Positions 21,471 through 32,695 are shown, numbered from the stretch's first letter. The stretch is 64,000 nucleotides of DNA from an uncultured bacterium (GCA_963827235.1 CAWHAE010000016.1:224001-288000); one strand, 5' to 3'. Program-made: numbers and translations. The notes: generated by a model from the sequence alone, not told the origin.

Positions 21471-22172
21471 CGTGACCTCCGCGTCCTGCCGTCAACTTCA
21501 GAGGGTGGCAGGTGCCGTGCTAATCATACACACCGGCTCTAGGATTACAACGCCGACGCCTGCCGGCCCGGGCATGAGGTTGGGCGTCTTGCCCCTGCCA
21601 GTCACATCGCACTGCCATGGGTTGCCGGTGCGCAGATTCTCGTCGATGCCGCGCCTGCCCACGGCGTCCGCGACGGCAACGAGCGCTGGCTTCCCGCGCT
21701 GCAAACGGGCATTTCTTCAAATCACCGCTATTGGGGGCCGCACTACGTGAGGCCAAATGTGAGGGGCACCTTCGTGTCTCGAAAGACTCCAGATAGCAGT
21801 CAGGCGGCGCGCCTTGTAACCGCACTCTTGACGACGAGGCACCCGTCCAGTGCCGAGCACCAGAGAGATGCCTGACTATCACGTAGCACGGGTGACAGAG
21901 GGAGCGATGCCCGTCGCTTCCGCTCTTACCTGTCGGTGCGTGTGAGTTGGGCAATCAACCGGATCGCACCGACGTTTCTATCTAGGACGGCAATGTCGGC
22001 GTGAGCAACCGGGCCTCAAGCGCCGCGAGATAGGCCGTCGGCTCGCGGCGAAAGCGGCACTTGGCTGCGGGATTCGTGGCGGCAGGCGAGGGCAGCACGC
22101 AGGCTCCGCCACCGCTCCAGACTGTCCGGCCGCAAGTGGGCGCCATTATTGGACACGCACTGAGGTGCCTGG

Positions 22173-22340
22173 GTGCCCGACGTGCGGCTGGTGGCCGAAG
22201 CCCTGCCGCTGCCGGTGGCGGATGGCACCGATCAGGCCAAGCCGGTGCGCGTGTTCCCCTTCGACCAACCGGCCGACGCCCACCGCTTCCTGGAGTTCCA
22301 CGAGGCGAACGGCAGGATCGTCGTGGTGCTCCAGGGCGCG
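22173..22340 (+). pseudogene. C-terminal remnant of a zinc-binding/quinone oxidoreductase
   Basis: RVFPFDQPADAHRFLE...GRIVV resembles MDR C-termini. Confidence 0.4.
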
Positions 22341-22786
22341 CGCGACAGCAAGGCGGCGGACGCGCCCGGACCAGCTAGTGCGGGCGGCAGCTAAGACGGA
22401 TCCCTGTCGCGGCGCCCGATGACCATCTTGGCGAATCCCGCCGATGACCGCACCACCAGGCCTGGCGGCGGAGTTGCAGCCAGACTTGCCCTCTTGGCGA
22501 AAACCAGCAGTACCGCTGTGGTCAGACCTTGTATCTCGGCGGACCAGTCGTAGACTGCGCCCATCATCCGGCGCAGGGTGACCTGGAAGTGCTGGAAGCG
22601 CCGCGGATCGGGCGCGTGCGACCCGACCGTGCCGGCGAGCACCAACCGCCGCCACACCGCCTGATGCGCGCAGTGCGAGTCGCTCTCACGTCTGCCGCGA
22701 CGCCTTGCGCCCCTTTCTCTGCGACGTTGCGCTCTTCGCCTCGGTCCAGCGAGCGCGGAGGAGCCTGCGTGCATGAAGCTGCAGGA

Positions 22787-24181
22787 TCATCGGTCCTCGA
22801 GCGAGGCGAAGAGATTGTTCAGCGATTCGGCAAGGGTTGGGTGGGCAAAGATGCCGTCGCGAAGCGCGGTGTAGGGGAGCTTGCCCATGATGGCGATCTG
22901 GAGCATGGCCATGATTTCACCGCCTTCCAGCCCGAGCACGGCGCAGCCGAGTATCTGGTCGCTCTCGGCGTCGACAATCGCCTTCATCACGCCGCGCGGC
23001 TCGTCCACTTCCAGCGCCCGTGCGACGTCGCTCATGGGCATTGTCGCGACGCGGATCTTCCGTCCCTGCCTGCGTGCTTCATCTTCTCCCAAGCCGACGC
23101 GACCGAGCTGCGGATCGATAAACACCGTATAGGGAACCAGGCGCCCTTTCGTGCTCGCCTTGCCGCCGTGAATGAGATTGGTGGCCAGTATGCGATAGTC
23201 GTCGTAGGAGATGTGCGTGAAGGCAGCACCGCCGTTGACGTCACCCACGGCATAGATGCCGGGCACGTTGGTTTCGAGGCGCTCGTCCACTGGAATCGTG
23301 CCCCGCTCGGTCATCTGCACGCCGGCGGCCACAAGATTGAGTGCATCGCTGTTGGGCGCGCGACCGGTCGCGACCAACAGATGCGTCCCCTGGAGCGCCT
23401 GCTCGCCCGAGGACGTGCGCACCGAAAGCCGGATCAGGCCGTCGCTGAGCTCGACGCGCTGGGCCGCGCTGTCGAGCATGACGTCGATGCCGTCCTCGCG
23501 CATAAGCGCCGCCACGGCATCGGCGACGTCCGTGTCTTCACGCGCGAGCAGGCGCGCGCCACGCTGCACAATGGTCACGCGACTGCCCAGTCGGCGAAAG
23601 AGTTGGCCGAATTCGAGTCCGACGTAACCGCCTCCCAGGATGAGCAAATGCTCGGGGACGGTATTTAGTCCCATAATGGTGGTGGAAGTCAGCCAGGGCA
23701 CGGCGTCGAGGCCCGGCACATCGGGTACGGCGGGGCGGGCGCCGGTGTTCAGAATGATCGTCTCGGCTTCTATCTCGATTGGATCACCGATAGACGGCGT
23801 GACCTGCAGCGTCTTCGGCGCCGTGAACCGCGCCTCGGCGAAAAGTAGATCCACTCCCTTGGCTGCTTCGATGCGCCGCTGGCTGCCTGAGCGAAAGCTC
23901 TCCACGATGGCGCGCTTGCGCTTGCGCACCGTGACCATGTCGATGCCGATGGGCCCGGTGCGCACGCCGTAGTCGGCGCCGCGCCGGGCGAGGTGCGCCA
24001 CGCGCCCGCTGGCGATCATCGTCTTCGTCGGCGTGCATCCTTCGTTGATGCAGGTGCCGCCGACATGCTCTCGTTCCACGAGTGCCACGCGTCTGCCGGC
24101 CCGGGCAAAGGCGGTGGCGAGTGGGCCGCCGGCCTGCCCGGCGCCAACGATAGCGACGTCATAGGAAGTGGACTGGGTCAT
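22787..24181 (-). CDS. Pyridine nucleotide-disulfide oxidoreductase (mercuric-reductase-like, RclA/YkgC type)
   Basis: GAGQAG, GGTCINEGCTPTK, GGGYVG, GRAPN and HPTLAE motifs; lacks the MerA C-terminal Cys-Cys. Confidence 0.9.
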   Translation of the reverse strand: MTQSTSYDVAIVGAGQAGGPLATAFARAGRRVALVEREHVGGTCINEGCTPTKTMIASGRVAHLARRGADYGVRTGPIGIDMVTVRKRKRAIVESFRSGSQRRIEAAKGVDLLFAEARFTAPKTLQVTPSIGDPIEIEAETIILNTGARPAVPDVPGLDAVPWLTSTTIMGLNTVPEHLLILGGGYVGLEFGQLFRRLGSRVTIVQRGARLLAREDTDVADAVAALMREDGIDVMLDSAAQRVELSDGLIRLSVRTSSGEQALQGTHLLVATGRAPNSDALNLVAAGVQMTERGTIPVDERLETNVPGIYAVGDVNGGAAFTHISYDDYRILATNLIHGGKASTKGRLVPYTVFIDPQLGRVGLGEDEARRQGRKIRVATMPMSDVARALEVDEPRGVMKAIVDAESDQILGCAVLGLEGGEIMAMLQIAIMGKLPYTALRDGIFAHPTLAESLNNLFASLEDR

Positions 24182-24949
24182 CGCGGGATCTCTTTCCTGC
24201 GCCAGCCGATTGTACGGTTCGCGCGAAGCCATACCGTTATCGCCTTCAGGATCGTGGTACCGCATCCGGCGCTATTTGATCGCCGGCTCGTTGACGCCTA
24301 ACCCGGAGCAACGGCAATGCGTGGACACCCTAAGCGGCCGGACATGGATGTGTGTCCGTCGTGCTGCAATGCCTCGATGCTCGAGGCCAGCATGCCGCTG
24401 ATCATGGAAGGATACGCGCGACGCCGGCCCCGCTGCCGCTGGCTACATGACCGAAACATCCGGCTTGAGCGCGTTCGTGCTCGAGGATGGACGAGGTTCT
24501 CGGCCGTTCCCTGCAGCCGCGTGGGCGGCGAACAGCGGACCGCCCGACGATCCCGGCGGAAAACAGGTAGAGGCGGCTCAGCGACCCGCGCAGGTGCCGT
24601 GACTGCGCGTGCCCATGTTTCGTGCTCGTATTGCTCGCATTGCTACGCTGAAATGGAGTCTGCAACATGTACGGCTACCGGCACCGCACACGCTCCGGCT
24701 GGACGACGATTGGCAACTCGGTTGGCTCAACATAGTGACCATCGACTGCTTCGTGGATGTCCGCCTCATGGCCTCCGCAAAGCGCCGCTACAGCACTAGA
24801 CGGTGATTTGGTACTGTAGAGTCAGGGGCACTTGGTGGCCCGCTGTCCGTGCCCACCCTCAGCGACTACGGCCGCGCCGCGCCCGGCTCAGGGATCCAGG
24901 TTGATTGCCGGAGACTTATGGCGTGACCGAGCGCGTCTGGGGGAGATGA

Positions 24950-27397
24950 ATGCGCGGCCCATCACGACAGCCCGGCGCGAACTCGCGCAGCGTTTCCACC
25001 GCAACCCGACGGCGTGCTCTGTTCTTGTTGGTCGTGTGCCTATTGCTTGCCCTTGGCTCCATTCTGCGGACCCATGCCGCGAGTCTCCCGCCCAGCGACC
25101 ATGCCCAGGTGTTGACCCCATCGCTTGGGCAAGGCGCGCCATCGCCTGACGCACGCCGGCAGACGCCCACGTCGACATCCACGCGCACTGCAACACGCAC
25201 ACCTACGGCGACGGTCACCCGCACCGCGACGCACACGCCCACCGGAACGGCCACCCACAGCGCGACGGCTACCCGTACCGCGACAGCCATTCACACTGCG
25301 ACGCGTTCGCCCACGGCGACCGCTACGTCGACGCCGACCAGTCGCCCGACTGTCTCTGCCACGCTTACAGTCGCGCCGACGCGTTCGGCTACCGTCCCCA
25401 CGTCGAGCAGCACGAGCACCCGCACGGCAACGAGCTCCGCAACCCGCACTGCTGCCGCCACCAGTACCGTTACCGCGACCAGTACCGCCGCGACAACTGC
25501 CACACGCACGAGCACACCGTCTGCGAGCGTGACGAGGACTGCCACTCCTGCGGCTACGCTCACGCGCACGGCGACCGCCACGGCGAGCAGCTCGTCGACA
25601 AGCACGATCACCGCCATCGTCACTTCGACTGCCACGCCGTCTGCCACCGCGACCAGCAGCTCGACGCCATCCGACACTGTCACGAAGAGTGCCACGGCGA
25701 GCCAAACCCAGACCAGCACGTTGACCGCCAGCCCCACGCCCACCGCTACGGCTTCACCCAGCAGCACGCCGGCGGCGAGCCCGACATCTACGGTATCGGC
25801 CACTCCCAGCGCGACCCATTCGGACACCGCCACAGCCAGTGATACACCGACAACTACCGCAACGGCCAGCCCCTCACCAAGCGATACTCCCACGGCGAGT
25901 CTCACTCCGGCGGACACTGCCACCAGTAATCCGACGGACACTGACACGCCAAGCACCACCGCGACGGCGAGCCCCTCACCAAGCGATACTCCCACGGCGA
26001 GTCCCACAGGGACGGGCACGGCGACCACCAGTCCGACGGATACCGGCACGGACACGGACACACCGAGCACCACCGCGACGGCCAGCCCCACGCCCAGCGG
26101 CACGCCCACGGCGAGTCCCACAGGGACGGACACGGCGACCACCAGTCCGACGGATACCGGCACGGACACGGACACACCGAGCACTACCGCGACAGCCAGC
26201 CCCACGCCCAGCGACACACCCACGGCGAGTCCCACACCGGCGGACACCGGCACGGACACTGACACGCCGAGCACTACCGCGACAGCCAGCGACACGCACG
26301 CCAGCGACACGCTTACGGCGAGCCCCACATCGACAGATAGCGCAACTAGCAGCCCGACTCCGACCACGACTGCCGTCTGGTCCGTGCGCGCCATCGGCTT
26401 GACGGCGCTCAGCCATGACTCCATCTGCGGGCAGTACAGCCAGACGGACATGACTCGTTTCGTCAGCTATATCTCCCAGCTCCACGCCAACTATGCCTCG
26501 GATGACGTGCCGTTCGACGACGCCGGCGGCTACACCTGCACTTTCGGTGGGGCGAGCGCCCCGCTGCAGCCGTACCAGTACCTGCTGGCCTGGGCGAATA
26601 CCATCCACGCCGCGGGCCTGCACGTGATCTTCCGGAGCAATTGGAATACGTGGGCGGGGGACTTCAACCAGCCCAAACTGTCCTACAGCACCTCACCCGC
26701 CGTTCCCTACGAGGGAAGCGGCGGCCTCGCCGCCGTGCTGGACGGCAGCGACACCGCGTCCTATATCGGCAAGACCTATCAGTGGATCCTGGGCCATCCC
26801 GGCGTGTTCCAGGACGGCGACATCTTCGAGCCCTTCGGCGAGCCACAGAACAACGGCATATTGAACGGACCGCCCGGTACGTCGGCCGCCTACTGCCCGA
26901 AAAGCATCTGCCAGTTCCCGTCTACCGCCGCGTTCAACCAGTGGCTCGCCGATTTCACTCAGGCCGATCAGGCGGCCTTCGCTGCCATCGGCAAGAACGT
27001 CACCGCTGGCTGGTTCGGCCTGGCCGGTGACTCCTACACCTACGTCACCCCCGCCGCACTTGCCTTCAGCTCAGCCTACAGCATGGACCACTTCTCGCAG
27101 AGCTTCTCCGATTTTACCAGTGGTATCGTAGCCAGCCACACCGCGTTCCCCTGGCTGCCCATGTCGCTGGAGTGGGGCGACATCAACGGTGCGGACAACA
27201 CGCGGCAGTTGGTTGCCGCTACCACGGACCAGTACCTCGGTTGGCTGGCGACGCAGTCCTACGTGAGCGGCTTCGACTACTGGTACCTGTGCGGCCAGGA
27301 TAACGACGCCGAGTCCGCCGCCGTGGACATCAACACCGGCCAGCTCACTCCGGCCGGGCAGATCGTCGCGAAGTGGTTTGCAGCGATGTCCGGCTAG
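24950..27397 (+). CDS. Secreted protein: about 420-aa Thr/Ser/Pro stalk plus C-terminal putative glycoside hydrolase (clan GH-A-like TIM barrel)
   Basis: Hydrophobic N-terminal signal; low-complexity linker; IHAAGLHVIFR, FGEP, MDHF, SLEWG and GFDYW resemble GH-A strands. Confidence 0.7.
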   Translation: MRGPSRQPGANSRSVSTATRRRALFLLVVCLLLALGSILRTHAASLPPSDHAQVLTPSLGQGAPSPDARRQTPTSTSTRTATRTPTATVTRTATHTPTGTATHSATATRTATAIHTATRSPTATATSTPTSRPTVSATLTVAPTRSATVPTSSSTSTRTATSSATRTAAATSTVTATSTAATTATRTSTPSASVTRTATPAATLTRTATATASSSSTSTITAIVTSTATPSATATSSSTPSDTVTKSATASQTQTSTLTASPTPTATASPSSTPAASPTSTVSATPSATHSDTATASDTPTTTATASPSPSDTPTASLTPADTATSNPTDTDTPSTTATASPSPSDTPTASPTGTGTATTSPTDTGTDTDTPSTTATASPTPSGTPTASPTGTDTATTSPTDTGTDTDTPSTTATASPTPSDTPTASPTPADTGTDTDTPSTTATASDTHASDTLTASPTSTDSATSSPTPTTTAVWSVRAIGLTALSHDSICGQYSQTDMTRFVSYISQLHANYASDDVPFDDAGGYTCTFGGASAPLQPYQYLLAWANTIHAAGLHVIFRSNWNTWAGDFNQPKLSYSTSPAVPYEGSGGLAAVLDGSDTASYIGKTYQWILGHPGVFQDGDIFEPFGEPQNNGILNGPPGTSAAYCPKSICQFPSTAAFNQWLADFTQADQAAFAAIGKNVTAGWFGLAGDSYTYVTPAALAFSSAYSMDHFSQSFSDFTSGIVASHTAFPWLPMSLEWGDINGADNTRQLVAATTDQYLGWLATQSYVSGFDYWYLCGQDNDAESAAVDINTGQLTPAGQIVAKWFAAMSG
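25840..26290 (+). repeat. Coding tandem repeat, 102-114-bp units
   Basis: Near-identical 38-aa units PTASPTGT(G/D)TATTSPTDTGTDTDTPSTTATASPTPS(G/D)T, period 114 bp (25991, 26105, 26219), plus a shorter upstream copy. Confidence 0.85.
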
Positions 27398-27703
27398 CCG
27401 ATGGACGGCGAGGCTCGGGCAGGCGATCCGGGTCCCAATTCACCCCACGTAGATCGAGGGTGGGGCGGTAGCCGCGCATCCCCAGCTCGCCGGCTCGCGC
27501 AAGGCACTCCGCGTTCACATGGTCTGCATGGGCAAGCCGCAGTGAGCCTCACGTCCTCAAATCGGGCCGCGTTGTAGCTGGCGCTGCAGGGCTGCCCACT
27601 TGCCAGATGAACAGCCCTGATTGGTAGCTTCAAGCCGCGGCTGCGTATGGCGTGTCCGCGTGCATGCCTCGTGAAGGTATTGTAGGTAAGCGCAGGGTCA
27701 GGG

Positions 27704-29785
27704 TCACGCCGTGGGCCGGTGCAGAACGGCAAAGCGCAGATGGGCCGTGATAGTGTGCATGCCGTCGCTGCTGGTCGCCACGACGGTGATGTATGCCGTT
27801 GTGGGCGGCGTACCGTGTGCGGCGCCGGCCGGGGGCTGGTAGCTCACGATGAATACGACGAGGGAGTGCCCGGCGGAGTCCGCGGTGTCGGACGTGGTCT
27901 GGGTGGTGCCGTCGGCGTAGCTCAGCGTGTACGTGATGTGCGCGCCCGGCAGCCAGTGGGCGGAAACGGTCTCGCAGCCCGGCTGATAGGGCCAGGTGAG
28001 GTTGAGGTCGTGCGAGCAACTGGTAGCCACGGCGCCAATGATCGTATGGCGTTCGTTGTAGATGATGATCGGCTCAGTAGGTTGAGCGGTCGCGGTACTG
28101 GTCGCCAACGTCGTGCTTGCCGTGGGGGACGGCAGGGCCTGCGTGACGGTGGCCGTGCTCTGGCTCTGAGTCGCGGCGGAAGTTGGCGCCGGCGTGGCAC
28201 TGCTCGTGGCGGTCGCCGTCGGCGCGGTCACTACTGATTCGCCGGACGAGGACGATGAGCGTGCCGTCACGGTAAAAGCCGCACAAGTACTCACGGAGCC
28301 CAGGTAGCTTGCGTCGCCCGCATAGGTTGCCTGGAAACTGTAGGTGCCTGCCGCCAGAGCACCTGTCGAGCTCGAGTTGGGCACGATGCCGCTGGCGAGG
28401 CTGACCGCGCCGTTGGCGGCGGGACCGCCGCTGCAGGCGCCGTTGTCGAAGAGATCGTAGGTCAGGGTGCCGGTGGGAGTGAACCCGGTCACGCCGGTGA
28501 CCGTGGCCATGTCGTAGGCCGTCGCGCCGGACACTTCAGCACCCGACCATGCCGCGTTCGTGGCGGCATCGTCGACTACCGCGGTGGTGGTCGATGGCGC
28601 CTTGGAGACTGCAAACGTCTCGCAACTGCTCATTGCGTTCTGGAAGTTGTCGTCTCCGCTATACGTGGCCTGGAAGCTATAGCTGCCGGCCGCGAGCGCG
28701 GCAGTGGTGCTCGACCTGGGCGCCAGGCCATCGCCAAGCGTGACCGCGCCCGTGCCGGCGGGATCGCCGGCACAGCTGCCGTTGTCGAACAGATCGTAGG
28801 TCACGGTGCCGGTAGGCGCGATCTCCACCACGCTGGCCGGTACGATCGCGGTCGGCTCCAGGTTGCCGGGCGACAGCGAGGCGGTGTCGTAGGCCGTCGC
28901 GCCGGTCTCTTCCGTGCCCGACCAGTCATCGTTGGTGGTGGCATCGTCGACGGCGGTGCTGATCGAGATAGCGGTCCGGGCCTCCAGAGGCTCGCTGGTG
29001 CCCGTGATGCCGGAGTCGTTGTGGTCCGCGACGGTCACTGTCCAGTCACCTACATCGTTGAAGGTAACGCTGAACGTGCCGACGCCGCCCGACCAGGTCA
29101 CCTGGCTGGCCTGGGTGGGCAGCGTGGCGGTCGTGTCGCTGCTGCTGATGTCCACCGGCCCGGCGTAGCCAACCAGCGCCACATTCGTGCTGCTCTCGGC
29201 GGTGGCCGTGTAGGTCACCTCGCTACCAACGGCAGCGCTGGTGGCCGAGGTCTGGACGGCAAAGTGTATGGGCATTGGCCAGCCCTGCACCTCGGACAAT
29301 CCAATCCCGCTCGAGGCCTCGTCGTTCGACCAACTGCTGCCGGCGCCGCTGTCGATCACGGTGTAGGTGCCGCTTGGGATGACCGTGTCCGGATACGTCT
29401 CCCAGGTCGCACCATACTGGTCGCAGGTCACGGTCCATGGCCCGTAGGTGCCGCCGCCAGACTGCTGCAGGGCGATCGTTCCCGTCGTCGTGCAGGTTGT
29501 CCCGCGCAGGCTGTTGTGATAGTCCAGCACATCGAAGATCAGCATCGGGGTGGTGATGGAGAACGTAGGCGACCCCGCGGGGAATGTTGATTCAGAGTCG
29601 ACGTTCCCCGCATTCCAGTTGTTGAAGATGTCGGGTATGGCAGCGGAACCGGGCCCGGCACCGCCCGCGTGAATCGCCGTAGCGCCGCGCGAGCCTATTG
29701 CACCCAGAAGCAGCACTGCAAGCAACAGGAGAATGCGCCAGCCGCGTCCGACAAGGGATCTGACTGCCGACCGACGATGTGTCAC
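27704..29785 (-). CDS. Secreted surface protein with Ig-like repeats and S/T-rich linker
   Basis: AAAGGA RBS before GTG; signal peptide; two about 100-aa repeats (PTGTxTYDLFDNGxC...LAAGxYSFQATYxGD). Confidence 0.75.
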   Translation of the reverse strand: MTHRRSAVRSLVGRGWRILLLLAVLLLGAIGSRGATAIHAGGAGPGSAAIPDIFNNWNAGNVDSESTFPAGSPTFSITTPMLIFDVLDYHNSLRGTTCTTTGTIALQQSGGGTYGPWTVTCDQYGATWETYPDTVIPSGTYTVIDSGAGSSWSNDEASSGIGLSEVQGWPMPIHFAVQTSATSAAVGSEVTYTATAESSTNVALVGYAGPVDISSSDTTATLPTQASQVTWSGGVGTFSVTFNDVGDWTVTVADHNDSGITGTSEPLEARTAISISTAVDDATTNDDWSGTEETGATAYDTASLSPGNLEPTAIVPASVVEIAPTGTVTYDLFDNGSCAGDPAGTGAVTLGDGLAPRSSTTAALAAGSYSFQATYSGDDNFQNAMSSCETFAVSKAPSTTTAVVDDAATNAAWSGAEVSGATAYDMATVTGVTGFTPTGTLTYDLFDNGACSGGPAANGAVSLASGIVPNSSSTGALAAGTYSFQATYAGDASYLGSVSTCAAFTVTARSSSSSGESVVTAPTATATSSATPAPTSAATQSQSTATVTQALPSPTASTTLATSTATAQPTEPIIIYNERHTIIGAVATSCSHDLNLTWPYQPGCETVSAHWLPGAHITYTLSYADGTTQTTSDTADSAGHSLVVFIVSYQPPAGAAHGTPPTTAYITVVATSSDGMHTITAHLRFAVLHRPTA

Positions 29786-30467
29786 GTGCGTTTTCCTTTC
29801 ACTTGGCCTGGGTGAACAGCTCGATGAGCAAGGCCGGCGTGCTACCAGCATGCCGGACGCCTGCCGCGAACGCAATCCCGCGGTTAAGGCCGGGTCTGGA
29901 GTTGCGGATCGCCAACTGCATTCGTTCGTCGGCGCGCATTTGCACATGGTCTGTGCCGTCTGACGATTCCCAGTGCAACCTGGCTTGACCATTTTCGCTC
30001 GCCTACGGGTTTCATTCTGACGCAGGCGAAGCAGCGCGATAATGAGCACCGCTGACGCTGCAGCCGTACTCCCGTCGCCACGGGAGCATACGCATTATAA
30101 GCGCCTGCAATTCCTGTTGGCATGACCCATATGGAAACCAATGCCCCGTGGCGCCCGTGTGGCGGTGCGACCCTCGGCTAGTCGATTCAGGCCAAGGCCG
30201 CGGTGTGGGAATCGAAGTCGCACGGCACCACAGCCGGAGACGTTTGACCGCGACACAGAGCGTGACGAAGGATGTGTCTCAGATTCCATGACGCATGCCG
30301 GCCGCGGACAGGGCCGCTCTCCCGCGATTTGCTGCCGCGCTGGCCGTGGCTATACTATCGACGGCGCGAATCCTGCGGAACTCGTCGCTGCACCCGCGGG
30401 TGGAGCAGTTCACTGATTGAGCGTGAATCGCTATCGAGACTATGGGACAGAAGTGCGAGGGAATCCG

Positions 30468-31061
30468 GTGGGCATCTCGGCAATCACCAGCTCAAGCGAG
30501 TTACTGGCCTTGCTGCAAACACTGCAGGCCAACAGACAGTCCTCGGCGTCCGGCACCAGTGCGGAGAAGAGCTTCGAGGAGGCATTGGCCCAGCTTGCTT
30601 CGGCTGACTCAGCGGCGTCGAGCAACACAACCAGCTCGTCAAGCATCCTCGGAAGCCTCGCACAGGCACTCTCGCCAGCGGCGACCGTTTCTTCCAGCTC
30701 GAGCAGCGCCACGATGGTACCTGCCAATGCCGGGACCCTGGCTGCCACTCAGGCGGGAAGTGTCCTCGATAAGCAGCTTGATAGCGAGGCATACAGCGCG
30801 AGCAGCCCGCTCGTGGTGCACACGCAGGCCTCGCAGGACACTGCCCCCCTCCTGGGATCGCGGGAGCAAGCCGAGGCCTATCAACAGGGGTCGCTACTCT
30901 TCACGGTGACGTTGCCGAATGGCGAAACGGCCGGGTACGGCGGTGCTCATGCCAGTGCCGCGGCGTTCACGAAGGCGGCTGCCGGGCCTGGAGCCGTGCT
31001 GAAGACAGACCAGTACGGGAGCTACTACCAGGCAACGGACGGCAGCCAGTATCGGCTGTAG
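30468..31061 (+). CDS. Hypothetical Ser/Ala-rich protein
   Basis: GAGGG RBS before GTG; TATACT -10 candidate at 30351; no family recognised. Confidence 0.55.
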   Translation: MGISAITSSSELLALLQTLQANRQSSASGTSAEKSFEEALAQLASADSAASSNTTSSSSILGSLAQALSPAATVSSSSSSATMVPANAGTLAATQAGSVLDKQLDSEAYSASSPLVVHTQASQDTAPLLGSREQAEAYQQGSLLFTVTLPNGETAGYGGAHASAAAFTKAAAGPGAVLKTDQYGSYYQATDGSQYRL

Positions 31062-31406
31062 CTCGAATAGCGCCATCGTCGGCGTAGACGTCACCGCGGA
31101 CGGCGTTGTCGCGCTCCATCGACCCCGGCGCCTGGAGCAGCAGAGCCCGGCGTGTCTCCACGCTGATACAGCTCCGCGCTCATTGACCCTGGGCCGCCGT
31201 TCACGGAACGTCGGACGCCGGCAACGGGCTGCCGGCCGCGAACGAGGGACGGCGACCGGCATGGCTCAGCGCGCGGGTGAGGCTCGCTCCCGGTAGCCGG
31301 TCGCCGAAAGCGTATCGGTCGCGGCGGATAGCCTCAGGTACTCTGAGATGGAAATGGTTGACCACGCCGTACATCGGTGCTGGTCCAGCTTGGAGGAGGC
31401 AGCGGC

Positions 31407-32189
31407 GTGGCCACTATTTGCGACATGGCACGGACGAGCGGAGTGATCGCTGCAAAGGCGTTCAGGCTGCTGCGCTGGGCATTGGGCGTTCTGTCGGCCG
31501 CGGTAATCCTGGCCGGTCCGGTGCAGCAAGCCGGAGCGGCCGGCGCGGCCTGGACGATCACCTTCGCGGGGACAGGGTCGTACCAGAGCAACGCGACCTT
31601 GAAGCTCGTCAGCTCCCTCTGTACCAGCACGGATACATCCAGCACTGAGTCGAAGTTCAGCTGGCATGTGACCTGGCACAGCGTGTCCTTCGCCTCGCCT
31701 GCCGTATCGGGCAGCGTCAGCGGCTCGCTGACCGGCACTGCCCACCAGTCTGACCATCAGAAGGGCTGCGGCACCAGCCGAAGCTGCGCCAAGGCAGTCC
31801 CGTTCCAGGCCGACCAGAGCTCCGCGGCGGAGCAACCGGCTGTCTTGATCGGCAAGACGTCGGCCATCCACAAAGCGACCTACGTCCTCACCCTGGATCT
31901 AGTCGCATCGGCGGCGCAGCAGCAGCAGTGTCGAGCCAACGACCCTGATGACCACGGGTTCTTCTTTGCCGGGACCCCCAACCAGATGAACCCCGTCGCG
32001 ACAGACGCCCTTGCCGCATCCGCGTCGATGCCAATGTCTGAGATCAGCCACTCGGGGAAGATCATCATCCTGGCGAAGAAGACTGCCTTCAACTACCCCC
32101 AGACAACGGACTGCTCGAACAAGCCTCTGGGGATCACCTGCGCCCACAGCCAGACCTGGAGCGGGACAATTACCATGACTCGCGGCTAA
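31407..32189 (+). CDS. Secreted hypothetical Cys-containing protein
   Basis: GGAGGAGG RBS before GTG; signal peptide ending AGA; beta-rich mature part with six Cys. Confidence 0.65.
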   Translation: MATICDMARTSGVIAAKAFRLLRWALGVLSAAVILAGPVQQAGAAGAAWTITFAGTGSYQSNATLKLVSSLCTSTDTSSTESKFSWHVTWHSVSFASPAVSGSVSGSLTGTAHQSDHQKGCGTSRSCAKAVPFQADQSSAAEQPAVLIGKTSAIHKATYVLTLDLVASAAQQQQCRANDPDDHGFFFAGTPNQMNPVATDALAASASMPMSEISHSGKIIILAKKTAFNYPQTTDCSNKPLGITCAHSQTWSGTITMTRG

Positions 32190-32389
32190 CTGCCGGCATA
32201 CACTCCGGCACCGCGCTCTGCCCACGCATCGAACTATCAGGCGTGCCGCTCGCGATCGCGCCGTGTTGCTTCCGTATCATACACGGCGAACAGGGCGCTC
32301 CGAGGGTCGCGGAGCGCCCTGGTCCATTGCCTGCCGGGGGTCCACGCTGCGCGGAGCCGGTTGCGCCCCATGTAGCCGGTCGCCTCCGG

Positions 32390-32695
32390 TCACCGAACGA
32401 TGAAGCCTACGATCGTCAGCACGGCTCCCAGCGGTGCACAGGCGTACAGCGAGCGCGGCAAGATCGTCACCGCTCTCCGCGTCGACCGCAGAAACTCCTC
32501 GCCGGACTTGAAGCTGATCACATAGGGCGTACGGATCTCGTGATTCTTGGCCACGGTGAACTCGCCCTGCTCGTCGCTCACGGTACCCAGCACGGACACG
32601 GTGCGATCCACGGGGAGCACCTGTTCCCTGTAGTGGTACCCGGTAAGCCTGCGCGTGCCGGAATTCCAGCCTCCCAGGTGCATATGAGCTCCCAT
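32390..32695 (-). pseudogene. C-terminal part of a GIDE-domain ('E3 ubiquitin ligase family') membrane protein
   Basis: GYHYREQVLPVDRTVSVLG...PYVISFKSGEE plus C-terminal TM helix; N-terminal half absent. Confidence 0.55.

Noticed and set aside
9570-24181. Mercury resistance system (MerR plus mercuric-reductase-like gene)
   Set aside because: The genes are 13 kb apart, the MerR lacks the Hg-binding Cys triad, the reductase lacks the C-terminal Cys-Cys, and there is no merT/P
24790-24900. c-di-GMP-II riboswitch suggested by GGGCACTTG
   Set aside because: The downstream AGTGCAACC element is missing
25840-26290. Tandem repeats as a CRISPR array
   Set aside because: They are in-frame coding repeats without unique spacers, and no cas genes are present
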